A DNA stretch of 64,000 nucleotides, taken from the NCBI GenBank assembly GCA_023426265.1, contig JAFABA010000165.1, positions 3,453-67,452 on the forward strand. Reading direction: 5' to 3'. A program made the translations under genes and the position numbers. How positions within the stretch are numbered: position 1 is the stretch's first letter; every line of letters starts with the position of its first letter. The notes beneath the pieces were generated by a model. That model searched no databases, was not told the DNA's origin, and saw nothing but the letters and a program-made list of their open reading frames with translations. This document shows positions 27,845-36,509 of this stretch, piece after piece. Source of the stretch: Bacillota bacterium (GTDB lineage Bacteria; Bacillota; Clostridia; Christensenellales; CAG-138).

Positions 27845-30800
27845 GTGTTACGACAGATTCTAAAATATTGGTATCAACTAGAGTACTTTAACCCGTGCTG
27901 GCCGATCAACACTTATGAGGACACTAACCTCACTAAGCAAGACTTGCCTTGGCAAAATCAGCAACAAGATTCCAGGATTCGGATAAGCTATGATGTATAC
28001 TTGGGCAAGGCCCGATCGAACGATCTGATTGTTTTGATGCTGAAAGCGCTAAATCTTGATACTGAAGGATCTTCCATCGAAAACGATAATTCATTGGTTT
28101 GCCTTTGTGCAATCAAAATTGATGAGCAAGGGAAATATGTTTCCGATTCCTTTGCAATTTCTAGTTTTGTTTGGGCAATCTTTAAACTTATTAGCGCTGG
28201 TTCAATTAGTGAGAAGCTAGATGTATCTGAATTAGAAATGTTGCAGCGGGAAATAAATAGCCAGCTTTTGCAGGATAATGAAGGCCCTGAGACTTCACCA
28301 GTATCCAAGGATTATTTAAGAAAAGTCTATGAGCTGGTTTGCCATGAAGCTAAGGTAAATCATGAATTATTTGAGGCTTCCTTGTGGTCCCGCCGGAAAG
28401 TTCAGTATGCTAACAAGAGTGGCGATTTCCCCCCGATGGATCCCGCCACTGAATTATTACAAAGCTTTTACCTTAGGGATATGGATAAAATTCAAAAGTC
28501 ACCTACACAAAGAATTAGCCATTACGTCAAGGCCATGATTGAAACCAGTACTGAAGCGCAGCGCATACAGATTGATATCGATGTTAGGCATATGCAGCGA
28601 TGGCTGAAAGCAGACTGCTTTCCGCTTGGCGTATGGCCCTCGCCATACAGTCCAAGTCTGATGCAACAACTAGGAATCAATATCGCGATTGCGGGTGAGC
28701 AGGATATATTTTCGGTTAACGGCCCGCCAGGAACGGGAAAAACAACACTACTAAAGGAGGTCGTGGTTTCAAACATTATTCATAGGGCCGTTGTGATGGT
28801 TGGTTATGATTCGCCTGAGCAAGCATTCACCAAAGCTGAAATGGAAAATCCGCCCGACCAGTTTAATAAATATTTTTATAAGATTAATAAAAAGCTATCG
28901 GGTTATGGCATGGTTGTGGCTTCCAACAATAACGCCGCAGTCGAAAACATATCGGTAGAACTTCCAAAGGCGATAGGGGGAGATAGAACCGGACGATTTT
29001 CCGGTATGGGCGTGGGAACAGCTGATACATATTTTGCGGATATTGCAACCAAGCTGCTGGGCGAGCCTGCGTGGGGGCTTATCTCGGCTAAACTGGGAAA
29101 GAAAAGTAATATAAAGGCTCTCAAGGAACGTCTTTGGTGGGCGGATGATGAGGTGACGCTCAAGCACTATTATGATGAAGCAACCGCACCGGATTGGAAT
29201 ACAGCACGCCAAGATTTTCGGGCAGCGCTGCAAGCTGTGGAAGTTGCCCGAAAAGATATTAAATATGCACAATCTTTGCTAGCTGAGCAAAAACAAGCGA
29301 TGGCAGACCAAATGGCTGCCGAAGTCAAGAATGATGAGACGCAGGCCGAGCTTTTCCGTCAACAGGCAGGCCTACTAGAGCAGCAGCAAAATCTGAGCAA
29401 GTTGGAAGGCAAGCTAGTATTACAGCAGCAAAATATTGCCATGTTACGATCAAGCCTCTCGTTTCTGAAGCTCGTGTTTTGGCGGGTATTCAAGAACAAT
29501 CCTGTTATAAAAGAATGGAAACAGACTGAACAAGATACACAAGAAACGATTATCCTAATTACCCGGCAAAGAACTATCTGTCATACACAGGAAGAAATTG
29601 TGCAGGCGGTACAAATACGTCATCAGATATCCGAGAATGATCTCCATCAAGCCGAGCAAAAACTACATGCTGTCAATGCGGCGATCGTACCATATAAAGA
29701 GCGCTTTGGAGACAATTGGGCAGATGCTGCCTTTTGGGAAAATATCTGTGAAAATGAGCGTTCACAGGCACTCTGTCCATGGACCTACGCTGAGTATGAC
29801 AAAGTGCGGGAAGAGCTGTTCTATCAGGCGCTCATGCTACACAAGGCGTTTGTATTATCCAGCAACCGTGTTAAGCAAAACTTGATGCGTCTCTTCGCCA
29901 TGTGGGACGGAAAGTTTATGACAGGCGATTGTGAATCCGCCTATGGGCACCTATTTAACACTCTGCTCCTTGTAATACCAGTAGTTTCGACTACCTTTGC
30001 TTCGGTACAATCCTTTTTGGAGGGTATACAGGCCGAGGAACTAGGGATTCTAGTGGTGGACGAAGCAGGGCAGGCAACTCCGCAGAGTGCTTTAGGAGCA
30101 TTATGGCGAACAAAAAAAGCAATTATTGTTGGTGATCCGTTGCAGGTTGAGCCGATTGTTACCATTCCAAATGAACTGCGAAAACGCTTTGCTGATGAAA
30201 ACAATATTCCTTCGATATATCGAGTACCAGAATTGTCAGTACAAGTGTTGGCCGACCAGCTTAATTCGTATGGTGGAATTCGGAACCTGGAGGACGAAAA
30301 ACTTTGGTTAGGCTGTCCACTAGTTGTGCATCGCAGATGCCTTAACCCAATGTTTCAAATTTCTAACGAAGTGGCTTATAACGGTAGGATGTTTACCAAA
30401 ACCGCTTTGCCGGATCGAGCAAAGGAATTTCTGCTAGAGCAATCGGTATGGTTCGATGTTAAGGGCGTTGAAAAAGGTAATAAGAATCATGCGGTGCAAC
30501 AACAGCTTGACGTTGTAATTACTCAGGTTGAGAAGGCGATTGATGTTTACGCCGGTTTGCCCGATTTGTATATAATTACGCCCTTTACCTCAGTGGATCG
30601 GGCATTGAAAAATGCAATTCGTCCCGTAATTAAAAGAAGACTGTCGTCGCAGGTGGATGTTAAAGATATCGATGGATGGCTCAACGAAAACTGTGGTACC
30701 ATTCACACCTTTCAAGGCAAGGAAGCAAACGAGGTGCTGCTGGTACTTGGCTGTGATGCTCAAAGGGGGAAAGGTGCTGCACAATGGGTAGGACAGAAAC

Positions 30801-30955
30801 CCAACATAATTAATGTGGCTGTTTCTCGATCAAAATATCGTTTGGGCGTTATTGGCGATTATGACCTATGGAAAAACATACCGTACGTGCGTACGGTATG
30901 CAAATATTTAAAAAAACAGCAAGTCAAGAATAAGCAAGTCACCCGACTAGAGTGA
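27845..30955 (+). CDS. Superfamily 1 (Upf1/DNA2-like, COG1112-type) helicase with an unknown roughly 290-aa N-terminal domain and a coiled-coil insertion
   Basis: GTG start after GGAGG. Walker A NGPPGTGKTT (28721..), VVDEAGQATP (D at 30059), IIVGDPLQVEP, HTFQGKEANEVLLVLG and INVAVSRSKYRLGVIGD. A Q-rich coiled coil lies between motifs I and II. Confidence 0.85.
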   Translation: MLRQILKYWYQLEYFNPCWPINTYEDTNLTKQDLPWQNQQQDSRIRISYDVYLGKARSNDLIVLMLKALNLDTEGSSIENDNSLVCLCAIKIDEQGKYVSDSFAISSFVWAIFKLISAGSISEKLDVSELEMLQREINSQLLQDNEGPETSPVSKDYLRKVYELVCHEAKVNHELFEASLWSRRKVQYANKSGDFPPMDPATELLQSFYLRDMDKIQKSPTQRISHYVKAMIETSTEAQRIQIDIDVRHMQRWLKADCFPLGVWPSPYSPSLMQQLGINIAIAGEQDIFSVNGPPGTGKTTLLKEVVVSNIIHRAVVMVGYDSPEQAFTKAEMENPPDQFNKYFYKINKKLSGYGMVVASNNNAAVENISVELPKAIGGDRTGRFSGMGVGTADTYFADIATKLLGEPAWGLISAKLGKKSNIKALKERLWWADDEVTLKHYYDEATAPDWNTARQDFRAALQAVEVARKDIKYAQSLLAEQKQAMADQMAAEVKNDETQAELFRQQAGLLEQQQNLSKLEGKLVLQQQNIAMLRSSLSFLKLVFWRVFKNNPVIKEWKQTEQDTQETIILITRQRTICHTQEEIVQAVQIRHQISENDLHQAEQKLHAVNAAIVPYKERFGDNWADAAFWENICENERSQALCPWTYAEYDKVREELFYQALMLHKAFVLSSNRVKQNLMRLFAMWDGKFMTGDCESAYGHLFNTLLLVIPVVSTTFASVQSFLEGIQAEELGILVVDEAGQATPQSALGALWRTKKAIIVGDPLQVEPIVTIPNELRKRFADENNIPSIYRVPELSVQVLADQLNSYGGIRNLEDEKLWLGCPLVVHRRCLNPMFQISNEVAYNGRMFTKTALPDRAKEFLLEQSVWFDVKGVEKGNKNHAVQQQLDVVITQVEKAIDVYAGLPDLYIITPFTSVDRALKNAIRPVIKRRLSSQVDVKDIDGWLNENCGTIHTFQGKEANEVLLVLGCDAQRGKGAAQWVGQKPNIINVAVSRSKYRLGVIGDYDLWKNIPYVRTVCKYLKKQQVKNKQVTRLE

Positions 30956-31097
30956 CTGTTAATCATGAGCGTCCGATTATCCATAACCCAAGCAGTTATC
31001 CAAACTTCGCATTATGTCCATCAGAAAAATGTTGAGGTGGAATCGCAAGTTAAAACTAGAGATATCCTTTATAGCGGCAAGCTGGAGGTATTAAGGA

Positions 31098-33017
31098 ATG
31101 GTTAGAGACCGTGTAGAGTATTTTGAAGCAAATGACATGTTATATGGACATAATCTTAACAAAATTGAAACCATGGTAATTCCTTGCATATCTGAAATAG
31201 ATATTAATGATGCGATAGAATTCTATGAAATCAAAAGGTATATTGACGAGGGAACTCGTTCAAATACATGGTCTGACGAAGAAGTGCAAGCATACAAAGA
31301 AAAAAGTCAGAAACTATACGGTCTTACCCTCCGTTTCTTTAATGCGATGGATAACACCACAATTATTCAACATTATACCGCTATAGAACAATCCTACCAT
31401 AAGGAATTTTGGGCGCTGTTTAGCACGTGCAAATTGTTTAACAAGATTTCAGATGATACCTTTGAAAAATTGATTCATACAGACGGAATTGCACCATTTG
31501 ATCTGTTTCGATACAAAAATATAGTGAACCGCTATGGCATAGTCTTGCGTAGCTATATTATGGAATATAATTCAATTCAAATCCTCATGCACGTATACGA
31601 GCAGGACTACAATCAGGAGGAAAAACTGTTCTTGCCTACCAAACTGACAGGTGCCGATATATGCTCTTGTTTAGAAAAATATATTGATGGCGATTTCCCA
31701 AATCCCAATATACTTAATAGTATAGAGCAAATGCGTTGCTCGTCAGTGTTCCCAATCAGCGATGAACTCCGGTTGAAGGCTAAACGTCGATACGCGAAAG
31801 AGATAGAGAAACTATCAATCACTGGTGCTTCCTTTGGGTACGGAATCCAACTTACCTTTTTACCGGATCAACCTGAAGAAAAAACTGCAGAACATATTGG
31901 TAAAGAGTTCAAATTTTCTTATAGCACACGTTGGCTTCTTGACACATTGGATTATCCAAGCATATTGAATAATTTCATTTATATTTTTGAGTTTGTTGAT
32001 GTTCCGCAAATGCGTTCTCTTCACATAAGTAAAGAATCCGATTTCGGAGTATTTGAGCGTATTTCGCGTTCGAAGTCAACACGTATCTATCCGTGCAGTT
32101 ACAACTTTAAATTCATAAACGTATTAGCTACGATACAAATGAACGCATACTATAACTTCCTAAAAGCACAAAATCTGCGTCTTGAAGATGTTTTGAAATG
32201 GTTTTTTACTGGATACCTGCAGTCAGAATATAACTGCCCAGAGATTAGGGTATCTTTTCCGAGTGAGGGTTCCACTTATGCAGAAAAGTGTTCCACAATC
32301 ATTACGGCTTTTGAGTCAATCCTAAAGCAATATTCTTTATACGTAAAGAGCGGGGAGATTGACTTTGGCCTTGTTGGAATGTCCACGACGCCAATTACAT
32401 TTGAAAGTGTGCCCAGCTTAGTTTGCAAAAAGTACATTTACGGTGTCGATAAAGATTATGAAAATTTGACCTTTATGCTCTTTTCAGACCAGTGTATATA
32501 TTCCTTTGTGTCCCGCATTCACGAGCAAAAGAAAGAGTACGCAAGTTTTCTTGATTTGATTCTTAATGAAGAAGTCAATTTATCAGATTACAAAGAGCGG
32601 GAGCATTCGGCATTTAGGTATTTGGCTGACTATGATTTGATAGAGATTGCGCCTGACGGGCTGATCAGAGTAAAAAACAAAGTAAAGGTGGCGGTGCTTA
32701 GAGATCTATATAAAAACGAAGTTGTTAGTAGATGGCATTATCCTGATGCTGCACTTTCGGAAATCCAAGAGCTGATAGACAAGGGGGTTATTATAGAAAA
32801 AAGTAGTTTACTATCTACTCCAGAGACGAATTACTTAAATTATCTGTTAAATCGCTCGGAATATGACAATGGCTTGGAGATTCGGAATAAGTATGTTCAC
32901 GGTATACAACAGGTCAACACGAACGAAAATGAGCACATGCAGAACTACTTGATTCTTTTAAAAATATTTGTTCTTTTGGCGATAAAAATTAATGATGATT
33001 TCGAACTGAGAAAATGA
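31098..33017 (+). CDS. Hypothetical 639-aa protein with a C-terminal HEPN-like domain (Rx4H)
   Basis: The C-terminal sequence ...PETNYLNYLLNRSEYDNGLEIRNKYVHGIQ... contains R596-N-K-Y-V-H601 (nt 32883..32900), the canonical R[N]xxxH HEPN motif. The N-terminal roughly 550 aa are unrecognised. Confidence 0.6.
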   Translation: MVRDRVEYFEANDMLYGHNLNKIETMVIPCISEIDINDAIEFYEIKRYIDEGTRSNTWSDEEVQAYKEKSQKLYGLTLRFFNAMDNTTIIQHYTAIEQSYHKEFWALFSTCKLFNKISDDTFEKLIHTDGIAPFDLFRYKNIVNRYGIVLRSYIMEYNSIQILMHVYEQDYNQEEKLFLPTKLTGADICSCLEKYIDGDFPNPNILNSIEQMRCSSVFPISDELRLKAKRRYAKEIEKLSITGASFGYGIQLTFLPDQPEEKTAEHIGKEFKFSYSTRWLLDTLDYPSILNNFIYIFEFVDVPQMRSLHISKESDFGVFERISRSKSTRIYPCSYNFKFINVLATIQMNAYYNFLKAQNLRLEDVLKWFFTGYLQSEYNCPEIRVSFPSEGSTYAEKCSTIITAFESILKQYSLYVKSGEIDFGLVGMSTTPITFESVPSLVCKKYIYGVDKDYENLTFMLFSDQCIYSFVSRIHEQKKEYASFLDLILNEEVNLSDYKEREHSAFRYLADYDLIEIAPDGLIRVKNKVKVAVLRDLYKNEVVSRWHYPDAALSEIQELIDKGVIIEKSSLLSTPETNYLNYLLNRSEYDNGLEIRNKYVHGIQQVNTNENEHMQNYLILLKIFVLLAIKINDDFELRK

Positions 33018-33310
33018 TAGAGCCTTAGTTTGGAGATATTTCATGCCGAAAATCTTTACTGGATGGACAGATGTTTAGCCCCGGAGATGAAGTTAAGTGG
33101 CATAGTATTTAGCTTACTATACAATTCGGAGCAAAATGATACTCCATAATTCATCTGCACTTCTTTTTTTATCGTAGACGTCGTGGGGAGCCGTTTGCTC
33201 TGTGAAGTAAATGCCAAATAAGAAACAGATTTGAATTTCGCAGTTTGTTTAAATTACGACGATCCGGTAAAGGCGATTGAGCCTTTGGTGATCCTCTCTG
33301 CAAGCATCGC

Positions 33311-33361
33311 CCTTCGGCTTTTTTCTCAAGTCCAAAATATCTAAATTGACAACGAAATCCA
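33311..33361. repeat. R2a, the cassette 3' module (copy 1), followed by a hairpin at 33366..33411
   Basis: CCTTCGGCTTTTTTCTCAAGTCCAAAATATCTAAATTGACAACGAAATCCA compared with 41647..41700: a 3-nt indel and 3 substitutions by eye. It is followed by AGACAAACCTG-N20-CAGGTTTGTCT plus a T-run. Confidence 0.75.
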
Positions 33362-33536
33362 CGGTAGACAAACCTGTTTCTATTGTCGCATAGAAGCAGG
33401 TTTGTCTTTTTGTCTGCCCTAAAACCCCTCAAATAGGGCTTTTTGTTGCTCAGCTCATTGAAAGCGTCTCATCTAACATGCAAATAGTCATGTTTGAAAA
33501 CCCTCATATATTCATGTTTAAAAAGGAGAAAGCGTA

Positions 33537-34181
33537 ATGAAAGGATTGGAGATCGAATCATTCGGGCGTATTTGCTATGGCTTCACCAAAGGCGAGGCCG
33601 AACAAGTGTGCATCAACAAACAGCAAGCGGAAGTCGTATCCATGCTTTTTGAAAAGTATCTCGAAGGCTTCAGCCTGGGTCGGTTAAGCGAATTGCTGCA
33701 AAGCAATCATATTCCCTCCCCTTCCGGCAGGGAGACCTGGACGCGGACAACAATAGATAAGCTTCTATCCAACCAAAGCTATGTTCCTCACATTATCCCT
33801 TGGGATCAATTCTACAGGGTGCAAGATGAGAAGATGCGGCGATGCAATCTGGAATATGGCGAAACAGACGTACAGAGGAAATCTACGCGATACAATTCAA
33901 CGCATATATTGAGTGGGCTTTTGGTTTGTGCTGAATGCGGTGCAAATTACCGCAGGATCACCCGCCCTACTGGTGAAATCGTGTGGCGTTGTGCCAATCG
34001 GGTAGAGCATGGCAGCAAGATCTGCAAGCATTCCCCTTCTATCACTGAAACGGATGCTTTATCGTTCCTCCAGAATAACCTGCATATTACGCAGATCAAT
34101 GCGGAGATGATCCGGAATAAAGTATCTGCAATTTATGTAACTGACGATGAAGTATGCGCATCAAGATTAATAATGCTTTGA
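33537..34181 (+). pseudogene. Large serine recombinase lacking the N-terminal catalytic (resolvase) domain
   Basis: Only the recombinase domain (QAEVVSMLFEKYLEGFSLGRLSELLQSNHIPSPSGRETWTRTTIDKLLSNQSY) and the zinc ribbon (LLVCAECGANYRR...WRCANR) are present. No catalytic Ser/Arg domain is encoded upstream. Confidence 0.7.
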
Positions 34182-34239
34182 GAGCATCACTATAGGGTAT
34201 AATATTCATGCATTCAACTTTTTCGGAAGGACTTACGGC

Positions 34240-34884
34240 ATGAATATTACAGAAGATGAGCTTCAATTATATTGGATGTTTCTCCGAAAGGAAAGGAGCG
34301 CCAGACGCACGTTAAATAAAGGCTTTATTTCAAAAGAAATCTATACGGAGGCAATGAAGCGTGCGATTCAAGATTTAGAGCTAAAGGAGCCTATTGAGCA
34401 ACTCCTGGATGAAGATTATTTGACATATCTGGCGCACAACTGCGATTTTAATGAGGAAAGTGCATCTATCATCTCTCCGCGTGCAAAAGCGCGGGCAGAG
34501 AAGATGGGAGATGTTAATCCTAGATATGCATGCTTGACCGATATAGCAAAAAGACGAAACAGTAGTGTTTTGCCCAGCTATAGTATACAGAGTTGGTTTC
34601 GAAGCCACGGTACAATAGAATTTCTGACGCTTTGGGAGCAAGGGAATAACCCAAACTATAACCCGAAAGAATTCGAGATATCAGAAATAGAGGCGTCCAA
34701 ATCAACCCTGACGTTGAAAAATTGGATTGCACGGACTGGTGCCATTGGTATTACTTCCATGCAAGGCAGGTATGGAGGTACTTATGCCCACCCTGCTATT
34801 GCGTTGGATTTCGAAGCTTGGCTTTCACCAAAGTTCCGACTGACGCTTTTCCAGGGACTGCATATTGTTGAACAGGTAGGTTAA
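34240..34884 (+). CDS. KilA-N domain-containing protein
   Basis: The C-terminal half SWFRSHGTIEFLTLWEQGNNPNYNPKEFE...LTLKNWIARTGAIGITSMQGRYGGTYAHPAIALDFEAWLSPKFRL is the typical KilA-N/Bro-N signature. Confidence 0.75.
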   Translation: MNITEDELQLYWMFLRKERSARRTLNKGFISKEIYTEAMKRAIQDLELKEPIEQLLDEDYLTYLAHNCDFNEESASIISPRAKARAEKMGDVNPRYACLTDIAKRRNSSVLPSYSIQSWFRSHGTIEFLTLWEQGNNPNYNPKEFEISEIEASKSTLTLKNWIARTGAIGITSMQGRYGGTYAHPAIALDFEAWLSPKFRLTLFQGLHIVEQVG

Positions 34885-35020
34885 TTGTCTAATTTCTATT
34901 AGACCAATACAAAATCTATTTTTTTGCATAGCCGCTACTAAAAGCGCTATTAAAGATCAGTGGTCTCGTGCCAGAGCAAGAGAGGCTGAGATCATTATCA
35001 TGTCGCCTCCTCAATTCGTA

Positions 35021-35163
35021 CGTCAGATTATTACAGTAAATCATTGTCTTGCTAAACACGTTGACTTATAATAATTCATATAAGATTTTGTTTCGACAAA
35101 ATTAACGATTAGGCTAATATACGATGTTCTTTTACGCCCACATTAGGCAATAATGCGAAGCCC
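35021..35163 (+). repeat. R1b, a conserved promoter/leader module (copy 2)
   Basis: Direct repeat of 17684..17822. It contains TTGTCT (35044) -17nt- TATAAT (35067) and the hairpin ATTTTGT-TTCG-ACAAAAT (35085..35102), which carries compensatory changes relative to copy 1. Confidence 0.75.
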
Positions 35164-35369
35164 GACCTATCCTGCATTAGACGTATAATGTAAAGTTGTA
35201 AATAAAGCTAAGAGATATCTACGAAGGAAACGAATTATGAATCTACGTGGTAATTGATGACGAAGACGATAGGTATAGGACTACGTAAAAACTGCAAAGG
35301 GCAAAGAAGCAATCCCTAGAGATCCCTGCAGGTTGCCATGTCCAGTATAGAATATGAGGTGAAATTGGT

Positions 35370-36509
35370 ATGCCAACAATGCGTAATATAAAGGCAGATG
35401 TTGAGCGCCTTTTATGGGGTGTCTCTGCTGGACGTTGCGAATTCGACGGATGCAACAAACCACTTTATCGCCATGAAGCTACTGGAACCATTGACAACTA
35501 TGCCGAGAAGGCTCACATCCACGCTGTTAGTCCAGGTGGGGCACGATATGATCCCGAAGCTGAAGACTTTAAGAACAACTTTGAAAATCTGATGCTGGTC
35601 TGTCCGCAGTGCCATATCACAATCGACCGGAATGAAGAGCAATATAAACCTGCCGTTCTGTTTGAAATGAAGCGTAAACATGAACAACGAATTACCACCC
35701 TCACCAATATCGGGGCTAATTTGCACAGCCATATGGTATACTACACCGCAAACCTCGCCGGTACTCACCATTCGGTTAATGACGGGGATGCAAGGAATGC
35801 GTTAGCTTTGTTCGGAAGGTATCCGACTGAAGACTCGCCAATTGATTTAAGCCAAAAGGGTAGTTACGTTGAGGACAGTGAAGTTGGTTTTTATCAAAAC
35901 AATATTCAGAATCTTGATCGAGCAATCAGATCAAGAATTCTCGATGTTATAGAACAAGGTTCAAGTATTGCACTGTTTGCGCTTGCCTCCCAACCACTCT
36001 TAATGTATCTCGGTCGCATACTTAACGACAAATACAACGTAGCAGTGTTTCAGTGCCATCGAAGAGAAAATGATAAATGGAGTTGGGGGCAGCAATACCA
36101 ACCTGTGAAGTTTCTAGTCACGGAGGCGCAGGGAGCAAGCGAATTGAGTCCAGTTGCACTGGTGTTTTCTCTCAGCAGTGATATTGCAGATAATCGTATC
36201 AGGACAGTCCTTGGCGAGAGTGCATCCATCTACATGGTTACTATCGAATCACCTAATCGTCAGTTCGTCGATCATCCATCTGTTATGGATGACTTTGTTG
36301 CGGCAACACGTGAAGTGCTGGAGAGGATTAAGCGTAGGCATGGGAAGAATGTCGATCTGCACATCTTTCCAGCAATGCCCGTTTCGCTGGCGATTCGGTT
36401 TGGAATGGACTATATGCCCAAGGCGGACAATAAATTGATCATCTATGACGAGCGATCGGATAGAGGATTTGTTTTTGCCCTCAGCATAGGAGGATCAAAT
36501 GACGAATGA
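35370..36509 (+). CDS. cap5: CBASS effector Cap5 (HNH endonuclease fused to a SAVED sensor domain)
   Basis: HNH signature: EKAHIHAVSPGG...NLMLVCPQCHITID. The C-terminal roughly 230 aa are SAVED-like (IALFALASQPLLMYLGRIL...LHIFPAMPVSLAIRFG). The gene is adjacent to and overlaps a CD-NTase gene. Confidence 0.8.
   Translation: MPTMRNIKADVERLLWGVSAGRCEFDGCNKPLYRHEATGTIDNYAEKAHIHAVSPGGARYDPEAEDFKNNFENLMLVCPQCHITIDRNEEQYKPAVLFEMKRKHEQRITTLTNIGANLHSHMVYYTANLAGTHHSVNDGDARNALALFGRYPTEDSPIDLSQKGSYVEDSEVGFYQNNIQNLDRAIRSRILDVIEQGSSIALFALASQPLLMYLGRILNDKYNVAVFQCHRRENDKWSWGQQYQPVKFLVTEAQGASELSPVALVFSLSSDIADNRIRTVLGESASIYMVTIESPNRQFVDHPSVMDDFVAATREVLERIKRRHGKNVDLHIFPAMPVSLAIRFGMDYMPKADNKLIIYDERSDRGFVFALSIGGSNDE

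Noticed and set aside
33169-33432. 87-aa ORF on the minus strand
   Set aside because: It runs across the R2a repeat and its hairpin and across the scar left by the apparent AbrB deletion. It has no RBS and no recognisable fold, so it is most likely non-coding.
34985-35011. 14-codon minus-strand micro-ORF (MIMISASLALARDH) with a GAGGAGG SD just upstream of R1b
   Set aside because: The ORF is very short, has no downstream context and no second copy next to R1a. It is probably a chance ORF.
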